DNA from: an uncultured delta proteobacterium
Lineage (GTDB): Bacteria; Myxococcota; B64-G9
Length of the DNA: 64,000 bases
Assembly: GCA_963754925.1 (NCBI GenBank)
Contig: CAVWHX010000004.1
Location: 1,280,001 to 1,344,000, forward strand
Direction: 5' to 3'
Translations under genes and position numbers: made by a program
Shown here: positions 40,881-51,916 of the stretch, in pieces
Numbering within the stretch: the first letter of the stretch is position 1
Layout: each line of letters opens with the position of its first letter
Notes under the pieces: generated by a model
Seen by the model: the letters and a program-made list of their open reading frames with translations, nothing else
Database searches by the model: none
What the model was told of the DNA's origin: nothing

Positions 40881-42359
40881 GTGGTCGTGAAGACCTTAGA
40901 ACTGATTATGAGCGTTTTAGTCGCCGGGTTGCTGTGGTACCAACCGTCGGTTTTTGCCCAGCAAAATATGAGCGATTCTCCGGCGGGTGAAGATTCCTTT
41001 GATCAAGATGCCCAACGTGATTCAGGTGTTAATCAGGGTGTTGACCAGCCTTCAGAAGAGGGTAGCGAATATTTGAGCCGTGAAGACGAGGAAGGCAAGA
41101 TTGATCAACCTCCGCCGCCGCCAGTCGAAAATTCTTCACAAGTCGATCGTCCGTACGATAGTCAGCCGCCTGCGGAGCAGCCCGCCGGAAACGATACGTT
41201 TGAGTACTTTCGTGACAAGCTCGCTCCCTACGGCGAATGGACCTGGACCACTGAATTTGGCTGGGTTTGGCACCCGCGCGAGGTTGCGCCTGATTGGCGA
41301 CCCTACACATACGGCCGCTGGGTCTACACCGAATACGGCTGGACGTGGAGTTCGTATTATCCGTGGGGCTGGGCGCCGTTCCACTATGGCCGGTGGGCCT
41401 TCGTAGGTAGCAACTGGGTTTGGGTGCCCGGCATGCGCTGGGCGCCGGCGTGGGTGATGTGGCGCTACTCTGACGGCTATATCGGTTGGTCGCCGTTGTT
41501 GGCCGGATTTGACCTTTGGTATGGGTGGTCGTACTACCCGGTGCGGTATAACTATTGGACATTCGTCGGCTGGAATCACTTTAATGAGCCGCACCCCTAT
41601 CATTACTTTGTTCCCCGGAATCAGTTGCGTGAGGTATTTCGACATACCTACTACCCGAACAACTGTCGTAACGGGGGCGGTCCACTCTGCCAGCGCGGGC
41701 CAGCCCGGGCGTATGTCAACCGGCATGTTTCAACGCCAGTCGTGATGACCCGCGTGAACAACCTCTATACGCGAGGCCACGGAGGCCCGGCAGTTTCAGG
41801 CCTTGGGCTACAGGGTAATAGGCTCAATATCTACCGGCCTCGGTTTGGCACCGGCACCGCGGAGTTCCGCCGTGAACCGCATAGCGATCTGCAGAGGGTT
41901 ACTCCTCAGAACGTACGGTCAGGACAGATGAGAAATTCATACCTGCGGGGCGTAAACGAATCTGGCCGAGATGCAGAGCGAGCGCGTCCCATCGATCGCA
42001 CAAGCATCAATCGCCCCACTGCGCACCCGTACGGATACGATATCGAGAGACGCCCACAGCCCGGCAAAGATATTTATTCACGGCCGCCGAGCAACCGATC
42101 ACCAAGCATGTTGCAACCAGAACCAAGTCCGCGCATAGAGATGCATTCCTTCTCTCCTCCCCCTAACACGCCGGCGGTGGAACGGCGCTCCCCGATGTAC
42201 CGTGATGGATCGAAACCGCCGTCCCAAGGCATCCGTTCTGCCCCAAACATTCGTCCCGCACCAAGCGTTCGCCCTGCTCCGAGTGTGCACTCGATGCCCT
42301 CTAATCGAGGAACGAGTGGAGGCAGAGAGCATTCAAAATCTTCTCGCTCCCACAATTGA
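40881..42359 (+). CDS. Secreted DUF6600-like Trp/Tyr-rich protein with Pro-rich disordered tail
   Basis: Signal peptide; LAPYGEW..FGWVWHP..WRPYTYGRW..GWTW..PWGWAPFHYGRW..WVWVPG..WAPAWV.W; AAGGAGG RBS. Confidence 0.85.
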   Translation: MVVKTLELIMSVLVAGLLWYQPSVFAQQNMSDSPAGEDSFDQDAQRDSGVNQGVDQPSEEGSEYLSREDEEGKIDQPPPPPVENSSQVDRPYDSQPPAEQPAGNDTFEYFRDKLAPYGEWTWTTEFGWVWHPREVAPDWRPYTYGRWVYTEYGWTWSSYYPWGWAPFHYGRWAFVGSNWVWVPGMRWAPAWVMWRYSDGYIGWSPLLAGFDLWYGWSYYPVRYNYWTFVGWNHFNEPHPYHYFVPRNQLREVFRHTYYPNNCRNGGGPLCQRGPARAYVNRHVSTPVVMTRVNNLYTRGHGGPAVSGLGLQGNRLNIYRPRFGTGTAEFRREPHSDLQRVTPQNVRSGQMRNSYLRGVNESGRDAERARPIDRTSINRPTAHPYGYDIERRPQPGKDIYSRPPSNRSPSMLQPEPSPRIEMHSFSPPPNTPAVERRSPMYRDGSKPPSQGIRSAPNIRPAPSVRPAPSVHSMPSNRGTSGGREHSKSSRSHN

Positions 42360-42429
42360 AATAGTTTTTCTTGTTATTATTAATATTCAATTTTATTATC
42401 AATAGGTTGAAGTATACTACATTTACTTG

Positions 42430-42458
42430 TTGACTCGCGCGTCAGCTTTTAATATTAT
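42430..42458 (+). promoter_or_regulatory. Putative sigma70 promoter of the mvh operon
   Basis: TTGACT-N17-TATTAT; dyad TGAC-N6-GTCA overlaps the -35. Confidence 0.5.
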
Positions 42459-42531
42459 CCTGATCGAAAGAATAAGAAGACACAAGATGTCCATTTGTAG
42501 TAATGTTCTTTTTAGCTGGTGTGACTCTTTT

Positions 42532-42600
42532 TCTTATCCCTTTCGGGGATAAGAGGCTGTAAGCCTCGCTCGCTTGAGCTCGCTCGCTAACAGCCTCTAA
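42532..42600 (+). repeat. Hairpin repeat family copy A (directly before the mvhD RBS)
   Basis: TCTTATCCC-tttcg-GGGATAAGA overlapping AGAGGCTGT...ACAGCCTCT-AA. Confidence 0.85.
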
Positions 42601-42614
42601 AGGAGTGCGGTCCT

Positions 42615-43043
42615 ATGAGTTTCGAACCAAAAATCGTGGGTTTTTTGTGTAACTGGTGCTCGTATACGGGCGCTGATTTGGCGGGCACCTCGCGTATGAA
42701 GTACTTGCCCAATGTGCGGGTCGTTCGGATCATGTGCAGCGGACGCTTAGATCCGACATTCGTACTCAAGGCATTTCGCGAGGGCGCCGACGCGGTATTG
42801 ATTGCCGGCTGCCATCCCGGCGACTGCCATTACCAAAACGGCAACATGAAGACCCTGCGGCGAATCCCCTTGTTGAAGCGGATGCTTTTGCAGCTCGGCA
42901 TCGAGAGCGAGCGATTGAGGTTGGAGTGGGTCTCGGCGTCAGAAGGTGAACGCTACAAGACCGTCATTAACGAATTCGTTGAGCAAGTACGCAAGCTGGG
43001 GCCGCTGAACCTTGAAGCTCGCAACGTGCGGGCCGCCTCGTAA
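42615..43043 (+). CDS. mvhD: Hydrogenase iron-sulfur subunit MvhD/FlpD
   Basis: FLCNWCSYTGADLAG, IMCSGR, GCHPGDCHY, WVSASEG. Confidence 0.95.
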   Translation: MSFEPKIVGFLCNWCSYTGADLAGTSRMKYLPNVRVVRIMCSGRLDPTFVLKAFREGADAVLIAGCHPGDCHYQNGNMKTLRRIPLLKRMLLQLGIESERLRLEWVSASEGERYKTVINEFVEQVRKLGPLNLEARNVRAAS

Positions 43044-43045
43044 AG

Positions 43046-43106
43046 TTAGAGACTGTTAGCGAGCGAAGCGAGCGTTACAGTCTCTTATCCCCGTCAGGGG
43101 ATTAGA
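43046..43106 (-). repeat. Hairpin repeat family copy B (inverted relative to A)
   Basis: TTAGAGACTGTTAGCGAGCGAAGCGAGCGTTACAGTCTCT-TATCCCC-gtca-GGGGAT. Confidence 0.9.
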
Positions 43107-43137
43107 ATTAGTTCTGGAGTGAAGGGAGCTCAATCCA

Positions 43138-44106
43138 ATGGCAAATAGTAAACTCAAGGTCGGAATATATTGGTGCGGGAGCTGCGGCGGATGCGATGTG
43201 GCGTTCGTAGATATCCACGAGAAGATCCTCGATGTGGTCCAAGTGGCGGAGGTGTTGTTCTGGCCGTGCGCCATGGATTTCAAGTACAAGGACGTCGAGG
43301 CCATGCCGGACGGCCATCTGGACATGGTGCTTCTGAATGGGTGCATCCGTAACTCGGAAAACGAGCATATCGCCAAGCTGCTCCGAAAAAAGACCAAGTA
43401 TCTGACGGCGTTTGGTTCGTGCGCGCACATGGGCGGTATCCCGGGCCTCGCCAACTTCTATGACCGTGCTGGGGTCTTTTCCAAGGCGTACCTCGAAAGC
43501 CCTTCGACGTATAACCCTGATAAGCTGGTGCCGCAGCGTGAGACCAAGGTGCCCGAGGGCACGCTGACGTTGCCTGAAATCTATGACACCGTCCGCACCC
43601 TGAATCAGGTGGTGGACGTCGATTTCTTCGTTCCCGGGTGCCCTCCCAATCCTGAACAGATTGCGATTGTGCTCGGCGCCGTGGCCGCCGGCAATCTCCC
43701 GCCGCGTAAATCGGTGCTGGGCGCTTCCACCAAAGCGTTGTGCGAGGAATGCCCCCGCAAGAAGGAAGAACTTAAATTCAAAGCCTTCAAGCGCCGCCAT
43801 TTGGTGCATCCGGATCCTGAAAAGTGTTTTCTCGAGCAGGGGATCGTATGCATCGGTTCGGCCACCCGCGCCGGATGCGGCTGGCGCTGCATTAATTCGA
43901 ACATGCCGTGCCGCGGCTGCTATGGGCCGCTTCCCAATGTCCAGGATCAGGGCGCCAAAATCCTCTCGGCGATCGCCAGCCATATTGACAGCGAGGACCC
44001 GGCGGAGGTCGAACGTATTCTCGACACGCTGCCGGACCCGGCCGGTTACTTTTATCGCTTCGGTCTGCCGCTATCGCTGCTGCAGCGCCGTCAACGTCAT
44101 GGTTGA
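43138..44106 (+). CDS. mvhG: [NiFe] hydrogenase small subunit MvhG
   Basis: SCGGCD, FGSCA..GGIPGLAN, PGCPP, CEEC, CFLEQGIVCIG, PCRGCYGP. Confidence 0.93.
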   Translation: MANSKLKVGIYWCGSCGGCDVAFVDIHEKILDVVQVAEVLFWPCAMDFKYKDVEAMPDGHLDMVLLNGCIRNSENEHIAKLLRKKTKYLTAFGSCAHMGGIPGLANFYDRAGVFSKAYLESPSTYNPDKLVPQRETKVPEGTLTLPEIYDTVRTLNQVVDVDFFVPGCPPNPEQIAIVLGAVAAGNLPPRKSVLGASTKALCEECPRKKEELKFKAFKRRHLVHPDPEKCFLEQGIVCIGSATRAGCGWRCINSNMPCRGCYGPLPNVQDQGAKILSAIASHIDSEDPAEVERILDTLPDPAGYFYRFGLPLSLLQRRQRHG

Positions 44107-44124
44107 GATCAGGAGGTTTTTCGG

Positions 44125-45588
44125 ATGAAATCGGTAAGCATAGATCCGGTATCCCGTTTGGAAGGTCACGGCAAGATCGAGATATTCCTCGATGATAAGG
44201 ATGATGTGGCCAATGTATACTTACAAATCCCCGAACTGCGCGGTTTCGAACAGTTCTGCGTTGGACGACCGGTGGAGGAGGTGCCTCGTATTGTCACCCG
44301 CATCTGCGGCGTCTGCCCGGCGGCCCACCACATGGCTTCGGCCAAGGCCGTCGACGCGGTGTACCATGTCGAGATTCCATCGGCTGCGAAGAAACTACGT
44401 GAGCTGTTCTACAGCGTCTACTATGTGTACGATCACATTTTGCATTTCTACTATCTCGGCGGGCCGGATTTTGTCGTTGGTCCGACGGCGCCGGCGGCCG
44501 AACGCAACGTGCTCGGGGTGATCGCCAAAGTCGGGATCGAAATCGGTAAGAAGGTCATTGAGCACCGCCGCTATGCTCAGGACATGCAGATTCTCATGGC
44601 GGGTCGATCCACCCACCCGGTGTGGTGCATCGCCGGCGGGGTGAGCAAGGGCTTGAAGAAAGAAGACGTCGAACAACTTAAGGAAAAAGGCAAGAAGTGC
44701 CTCGAGTTTTGCGAATTCACCCTGAAGTTATTCGACGATGTAGTGCTCAAGAACAAAGCCTACGTTGATCTCATTCTCAGCCAGGGTTACCGGCTGGAAG
44801 TCGGCGACATGGGCCTCGTCGATGAGAAGAACCGCGTTAATTTTTATGACGGCAAAGTGCGGGTCAAGGACGCCGCTGGCCGCGAAGTGGCCAAATACGC
44901 TCCGGCCGAGTACCTTCAACACGTGGACGAGCACATCGAGCCGTACTCGTACCTCAAGTACCCCTACCTCAAGACGCGCGGTTGGAAGGGCATGGTCGAA
45001 GGCAAGGATTCGAGCATCTACCGCGCCATTCCACTTTCACGGCTCAATGTCGCCGACGGGATGGCCACACCCAAGGCGCAAGAGCACTACGAGAGCATGT
45101 ACAAAGTCCTCGGCGGCAAACCGGCCCACCAGACTCTGGCGATGCATTGGGCGCGGTTGATCGAATTACTGTATGCGGCCGAGCACTGGATGGAGATGGT
45201 CAATGATCCGGAGATCCTCTCGGATCAGATTCATACGATTCCGACCGCGACCCCCACCGAAGGCGTGGGCACGGTGGAGGCGCCGCGCGGTACGCTGACG
45301 CACCACTACACCACGGACGCCAACGGCATCGTGGTCAAAGCCAATCTGATTGTCGGCACGACCAACAATAACGCCCCCATCTCGATGTCGGTCAAAAAAG
45401 CCGCCCAACAGGTACTCAAGGGAAAGAAAAAAATCGAAGAAGGTTTATTGAATATGGTCGAGATGGCTTTCCGTGCCTATGACCCTTGCTTTAGCTGCGC
45501 CACGCACAGCCTGCCGGGTCAGATGCCGCTTGAGATTACCGTTCATAGCGTTGACGGAAGCATCCGTCACCACGTAAAGCGTGATTAG
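44125..45588 (+). CDS. mvhA: [NiFe] hydrogenase large subunit MvhA (group 3c-like)
   Basis: SRLEGHG, RGFE, L1 RICGVC, EAPRGTLTH, L2 DPCFSCATH plus a cleavable C-terminal extension. Confidence 0.93.
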   Translation: MKSVSIDPVSRLEGHGKIEIFLDDKDDVANVYLQIPELRGFEQFCVGRPVEEVPRIVTRICGVCPAAHHMASAKAVDAVYHVEIPSAAKKLRELFYSVYYVYDHILHFYYLGGPDFVVGPTAPAAERNVLGVIAKVGIEIGKKVIEHRRYAQDMQILMAGRSTHPVWCIAGGVSKGLKKEDVEQLKEKGKKCLEFCEFTLKLFDDVVLKNKAYVDLILSQGYRLEVGDMGLVDEKNRVNFYDGKVRVKDAAGREVAKYAPAEYLQHVDEHIEPYSYLKYPYLKTRGWKGMVEGKDSSIYRAIPLSRLNVADGMATPKAQEHYESMYKVLGGKPAHQTLAMHWARLIELLYAAEHWMEMVNDPEILSDQIHTIPTATPTEGVGTVEAPRGTLTHHYTTDANGIVVKANLIVGTTNNNAPISMSVKKAAQQVLKGKKKIEEGLLNMVEMAFRAYDPCFSCATHSLPGQMPLEITVHSVDGSIRHHVKRD

Positions 45589-45649
45589 CAGAATGCTCCT
45601 CGTGGAGTTTCAGAAGAACCAACGGTTGTTGCAGGTTTTCTGCCATGTT

Positions 45650-45801
45650 GTCATCAGCCAAGCCGCACGGCCCCGCGAACCACGAAAGGGATAAGAGATT
45701 GTACGCAACGCTTCGCTTGCTACAATCTCTAAAGCGGGGATCCAGCTCGAGACGATTGCTAGGTTCCCAGCCAAGCCGCACAGCGCCTGCGCGGGAATGA
45801 C
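45650..45801. repeat. GTCAT...ATGAC palindromic repeat doublet with nested hairpin family copy C (45688-45732)
   Basis: Removing inserts gives GTCATC-CCCCGCGAA-AGCGGGGATCCAG...GGTTCCC-CGCCTGCGCGGGAATGAC. Confidence 0.75.
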
Positions 45802-45844
45802 GAGTTGAATGTCAATACCAAATGTTTTGGTGTGAGGTTGATCG

Positions 45845-46330
45845 GTGACACCTACACGGCCCCTCATTCTCGGCCTCGGTAACCCGATCTTGCGCGATGA
45901 TCGCGCCGGGTTGGAGATCGTCCGGGCTTTGCATGCACGCTTGCCGGCGGGCGCTGCGGATGTATGCGAGGCCTCGGTCGGTGGGATCGAGCTGCTTCAC
46001 CTGCTGGAAGGGCATGACCGTGTGCTGATCATTGATGCCCTTGAACCAGGGCATTTGCCACCGGGGGAGGTGCGGGAGATCCCACTTGCTCAACTAGCCC
46101 AGCAGTACACCCCGATCAGTCCCCATAACGCGGGTCTTTTGCATTGCCTTGAACTTGGTCGCATGTGCGGGATGCACATGCCCAGCGAGGTGCACGTTTT
46201 TGCAATCGGAATTTGCGACCCGTACACGTTCTCTGAAAGTTGTACCGATATCGTACAGGCTGCCCTGCCAGGGATAGTGAATCACATCTACGAGCAGGTT
46301 TTTTGCCCTCGCGGCTATTGGCCGATTTGA
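45845..46330 (+). CDS. Hydrogenase maturation protease
   Basis: LGLGNPILRDDRAG, IIDA, SPHNAG. Confidence 0.92.
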   Translation: MTPTRPLILGLGNPILRDDRAGLEIVRALHARLPAGAADVCEASVGGIELLHLLEGHDRVLIIDALEPGHLPPGEVREIPLAQLAQQYTPISPHNAGLLHCLELGRMCGMHMPSEVHVFAIGICDPYTFSESCTDIVQAALPGIVNHIYEQVFCPRGYWPI

Positions 46331-46501
46331 CATAAAGTTAGCGGCGCATTCCGGCTGCAGCATCTTTTAATGAATATGAGTGTATTCCATGAAGATTATT
46401 TCTTGACTTTCACGCTCAATATACTATTAATCTCTTTCCATTTCTGGGATGGCTGAAATTAACCTTTTGTTTTAAAAGCCTTTTTTGGAGGCGTGCTGCT
46501 C

Positions 46502-46693
46502 ATGGCTGGTGTGAAGGTTCGAGAGGGAGAGTCGTTCGAAAGCGCACTCAAGCGTTTCAAAAAGCAATGTGAGAAGGCGGGCATTTTATCCGAGGTACGG
46601 AAGCGTGAGCACTACGAAAAGCCGAGTGTTCGCAAGAAGAAAAAGGCATTGGCAGCAAAGAAGCGCGCGCTGAAGAAAATGCGACGGAGATAG
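46502..46693 (+). CDS. rpsU: 30S ribosomal protein S21
   Basis: [34 protein letters not shown]. Confidence 0.97.
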   Translation: MAGVKVREGESFESALKRFKKQCEKAGILSEVRKREHYEKPSVRKKKKALAAKKRALKKMRRR

Positions 46694-46804
46694 CAGAGGA
46701 ATTTTGAGCGGATAGGAGTCTGATCTCTTTCCCGGTATAGACCAGCTCGTATCGCTCTGGTGGCTGGGTGTATACCCCGATACAAAAACCACGTGGAGGA
46801 ATCG

Positions 46805-48604
46805 GTGGCCCCAGCTTCACGTGAAGAGGTGGTCGAGACGGTTCGCCAAAGAACCGATATCGTCGAATTGATTAGCCGCTATGTAAAGCTGAAAAAAGCC
46901 GGTAAGAACTACCTCGGCCTGTGCCCCTTCCATGCGGAAAAGACACCCTCGTTCACCGTCAGCCCGAGCAGAAACTTTTTTCACTGCTTTGGTTGTAAGG
47001 AATCCGGCGATGTTTTTTCATTTCTCATGAAGATGGAAGGCAAAAGCTTCGCTGAAGCGCTGGGTGAGTTAGCTGGCCGTGCCGGGATTGCTCTCCCGCA
47101 GTTTGATCCCCGTAAAGCTCAGGCGCGCGAGTCGAACGAGCGTTTGCTGCGTCTCAACGAAACCGCTGCTGCGTTTTATGAACAAGCTCTCTGGCAATCC
47201 GCGGCAAACGGTGGTCGCGATTACCTTGCCAATCGTAAACTGCCGGAGGAATGTGCCCGCACGTTCCGATTGGGATTCGCCCCAGCCGGTTGGCACAACC
47301 TAACCAATTACCTTAAGAAAAGCAGACAGAACCTCGACGACGCCGTCCAGCTTGGATTGCTCGCTCAGGGCAGTCACGGACCGTATGACGTATTTCGCGA
47401 TCGCCTCATGTTTCCGATTATTGGTTTGGATGGCAAGGTGCATGGCTTTGGCGCCCGTAAGCTTTCCGACAGCGATGAGGGCCCCAAGTATATAAATTCC
47501 CGCCAGAGTCCCATTTTCGATAAGAGCGAGATGTTCTATGGACTGTACCAGGCCCGCAGCGCTATTAACACCAAAGGCGAGGTGCTCGTCGTTGAAGGCT
47601 ACTTTGATGTATTGATGCCGGTTACAGGCGGCGTCGAACACATCGTAGCCACCTGCGGTACGGCGCTTACCGTCTCCCATGTGCAGGCGCTGAGGCGGTT
47701 GTGTCAGCGGGTTATAAACGTCTATGATGCCGATGCTGCTGGCATCAAAGGCTCCTTTAGAGCAGCCGAGTTATCGTTGGCCGAGGACCTATCACCCTAT
47801 ATGGTGACGCTGCCTCAAGGTGAAGATCCGGATTCGTTTGTCCGTTCCCACGGCGCCGCGGCGTTTGCTGCGCTGATTGCTGCGAGCCGGCCGGTGCTGG
47901 ATGTCCTTGCCGAACAAGTGCTGGCCGAATGCAGATCGGATAGCGTTGCCCGTGCGCGCGGGGTCGAGCGGCTCGTGCCGTTGCTCGTCGCCTGCCGCAA
48001 CGATGTTCAGTTGGGGAGTTATCTGACCATGCTTGCTGAGCGATTTAAGATAGGTGAGCATGAATTACGCGCGGCGGTTCATAAGCGTCGTCGCCTGTCG
48101 GCACTCCCGCCAACGCAGGCCCCGTTCGCTTCCGTGCCTGCGGAACATAGTGAGGTTCTCACGAAGGATGAGGAGATCTGCCTCGCGCTCCTGCTCCTCT
48201 TTCCGAAGCTGCGGCGGCGGGTGATCGGTAGCGCTGCGCTCAATCATTTCAGCAAGGGGCTGACCCGCGATCTGCTCATGCGCATCTTGGAATCAGGAAC
48301 CGAGCGCACGACGGCCGCCTGGTTGAGTGAAGTGGAAGACGACGGGTTGCGCAAGCGTTTATCGGCTCGGTTAATGGACGATAGCAAAACTGAAGAGGTG
48401 GCTCACCAGGATCTCGCTGGCTGCCTCATGAAAATACAATTGCGCTACCTGCGAGCGGAACAGCAGCGATTCACCGCGTTAGTTGATCAGGCGCAGCGTG
48501 AGGATCGTCCGGAACAGGCCAAGGAACTTCAAAACAGCAAGAAACTCGTAAATGAAGAGATCATCAAGCTGAGTTCCGTCGTAAAAGGGGCCCGAAGTTT
48601 GTGA
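46805..48604 (+). CDS. dnaG: DNA primase
   Basis: CHC2 finger CPFH..CFGC, PKYINS, VVEGYFD, YDADAAG, DPD; GTG start after GGAGGA. Confidence 0.97.
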   Translation: MAPASREEVVETVRQRTDIVELISRYVKLKKAGKNYLGLCPFHAEKTPSFTVSPSRNFFHCFGCKESGDVFSFLMKMEGKSFAEALGELAGRAGIALPQFDPRKAQARESNERLLRLNETAAAFYEQALWQSAANGGRDYLANRKLPEECARTFRLGFAPAGWHNLTNYLKKSRQNLDDAVQLGLLAQGSHGPYDVFRDRLMFPIIGLDGKVHGFGARKLSDSDEGPKYINSRQSPIFDKSEMFYGLYQARSAINTKGEVLVVEGYFDVLMPVTGGVEHIVATCGTALTVSHVQALRRLCQRVINVYDADAAGIKGSFRAAELSLAEDLSPYMVTLPQGEDPDSFVRSHGAAAFAALIAASRPVLDVLAEQVLAECRSDSVARARGVERLVPLLVACRNDVQLGSYLTMLAERFKIGEHELRAAVHKRRRLSALPPTQAPFASVPAEHSEVLTKDEEICLALLLLFPKLRRRVIGSAALNHFSKGLTRDLLMRILESGTERTTAAWLSEVEDDGLRKRLSARLMDDSKTEEVAHQDLAGCLMKIQLRYLRAEQQRFTALVDQAQREDRPEQAKELQNSKKLVNEEIIKLSSVVKGARSL

Positions 48605-48826
48605 TCCGTGAAGAATTTCGGCAAAGTCGATGCAGATGGGAAGCTGTTGAACCCGGCGAAGCGGCGTATCTGTGGAGAAAAGCCAATGAGGCAAGGTAAG
48701 GTCGAGAAAAGTAAGTTAAGAACGGCGAGTTCGAGCGATGCACATTCAACCAAGGCAGCTGCGGTGAGAGCCGCCAGGCTTCATCCCAATCGCCAGCGAT
48801 TGCATAAGGAACAACTGCCGAAGGAT

Positions 48827-50785
<1,959 letters not shown>

Positions 50786-50829
50786 GTAATAGATAATGAG
50801 ATTGAATAAGGAGCTCGAATCAGATTGTT

Positions 50830-50903
50830 GGGCCCATAGCTCAGCTGGTCAGAGCCGCCGGCTCATAACCGGAAGGTCCCAGGTTCGAATCCTGGTGGGC
50901 CCA
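50830..50903 (+). tRNA. tRNA with CAT anticodon (probably tRNA-Ile2; CCA not encoded)
   Basis: GGGCCCA acceptor stem, anticodon arm CCGG-CTCATAA-CCGG, T-loop GGTTCGAATCC, 3' TGGGCCC-A. Confidence 0.93.
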
Positions 50904-51117
50904 TTCTATGTCCATGGATTGGATTAGTGAGAGGTCTTTTCAGTGTTAATTAGTTTGCAGGAGGGTTCCAATCTACTTTTTAATGTTTTTTTATTGACAG
51001 GCGCACGCCGGGAGATTAGTTTCCCCCGCATGTATGTGGCTGACAAGGCAAGGTGTCCGGGAGTTCACTATTCATGTGAGGTCTCCCGGGAACCTCGCAA
51101 GGTTACGGGTACTATCG

Positions 51118-51154
51118 AATGCGTCCGAACTTCTTCGGGCGCATTTTTCGTTTT
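51118..51154 (+). terminator. Intrinsic terminator-like hairpin in the leader of the zinc-ribbon gene
   Basis: AATGCGTCCGAA-cttc-TTCGGGCGCATT followed by T-rich tract. Confidence 0.65.
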
Positions 51155-51181
51155 GGGGGCTGACCAAGAAAGGCGATCTAC

Positions 51182-51913
51182 GTGACACCCCTGTTAAATC
51201 TGAAAGCCTTGGTTGCGCTCCAGGCCATCGACGTGCGGATTCGCGACCTGGAAAAGGACAATCAACATATTCCCGTTCGGTTGAAGCAAATTGAAGAGAT
51301 CCTTACGAAACAGCGAGGAGAACTCAGCAGCCAGCGTAATGCGCTCGACGAGGCCGAGATGGCGCGCCGGCTTCTGGAGAGCGATTTGAAGGCCGAAAAG
51401 GATAAAATAAAAAAATGGGAATCACGGCTCAATGAGCTGAGGAATAATCGTGATTACCAGGCGCTCTCACGCGAGATCGAGGCAGCGCGCAAGGCCAACC
51501 TAGGTATCGAAGATGAGATTTTACGCAAGATGCAGGAAATCGAAGATCTCAAAGCCAGTTCAACCACGGTCGCCGAAGAACTCGTGAGGCTCGAACAGGA
51601 GCTTTCAGCCGAACGCACGCAACTCGAGCAACGGTTGCGGATGGTCAATGAGCAGATTGCCGGGGAAGAAGGGGGACGTCGGCAGGCGATAGAGAAGATT
51701 GAACCGCGCTGGTTCAAGCAATACGAGATGATCCGCAAGCGCCGGGACGGGGTGGCGGTGGTGCCCACCCTGGACGAGCATTGCCAGGGATGTTATATGG
51801 GCATTCCGCCACAGCTCTATAACATCGTCCTCAAGGGCCAGGAGATTGAAACCTGCCCGCATTGCCACCGAATCATCTATTACGAGGCTTCCCTCAAAGA
51901 CCTACCGGATTAA
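51182..51913 (+). CDS. Coiled-coil C4-type zinc ribbon protein (DUF164-like)
   Basis: LQAIDVRI..long coiled coil..CQGCYMGIPPQ..CPHCHRIIY. Confidence 0.92.
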   Translation: MTPLLNLKALVALQAIDVRIRDLEKDNQHIPVRLKQIEEILTKQRGELSSQRNALDEAEMARRLLESDLKAEKDKIKKWESRLNELRNNRDYQALSREIEAARKANLGIEDEILRKMQEIEDLKASSTTVAEELVRLEQELSAERTQLEQRLRMVNEQIAGEEGGRRQAIEKIEPRWFKQYEMIRKRRDGVAVVPTLDEHCQGCYMGIPPQLYNIVLKGQEIETCPHCHRIIYYEASLKDLPD

Positions 51914-51916
51914 TCT

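Noticed and set aside
43108..43983. 291-aa antisense ORF and similar long antisense ORFs elsewhere
   Set aside because: They lie opposite well-conserved genes in GC-rich DNA and show no motifs.
42615..45588. Selenocysteine in MvhD or MvhA
   Set aside because: The relevant positions are Cys codons (CNWC, DPCFSC) and there is no in-frame TGA.
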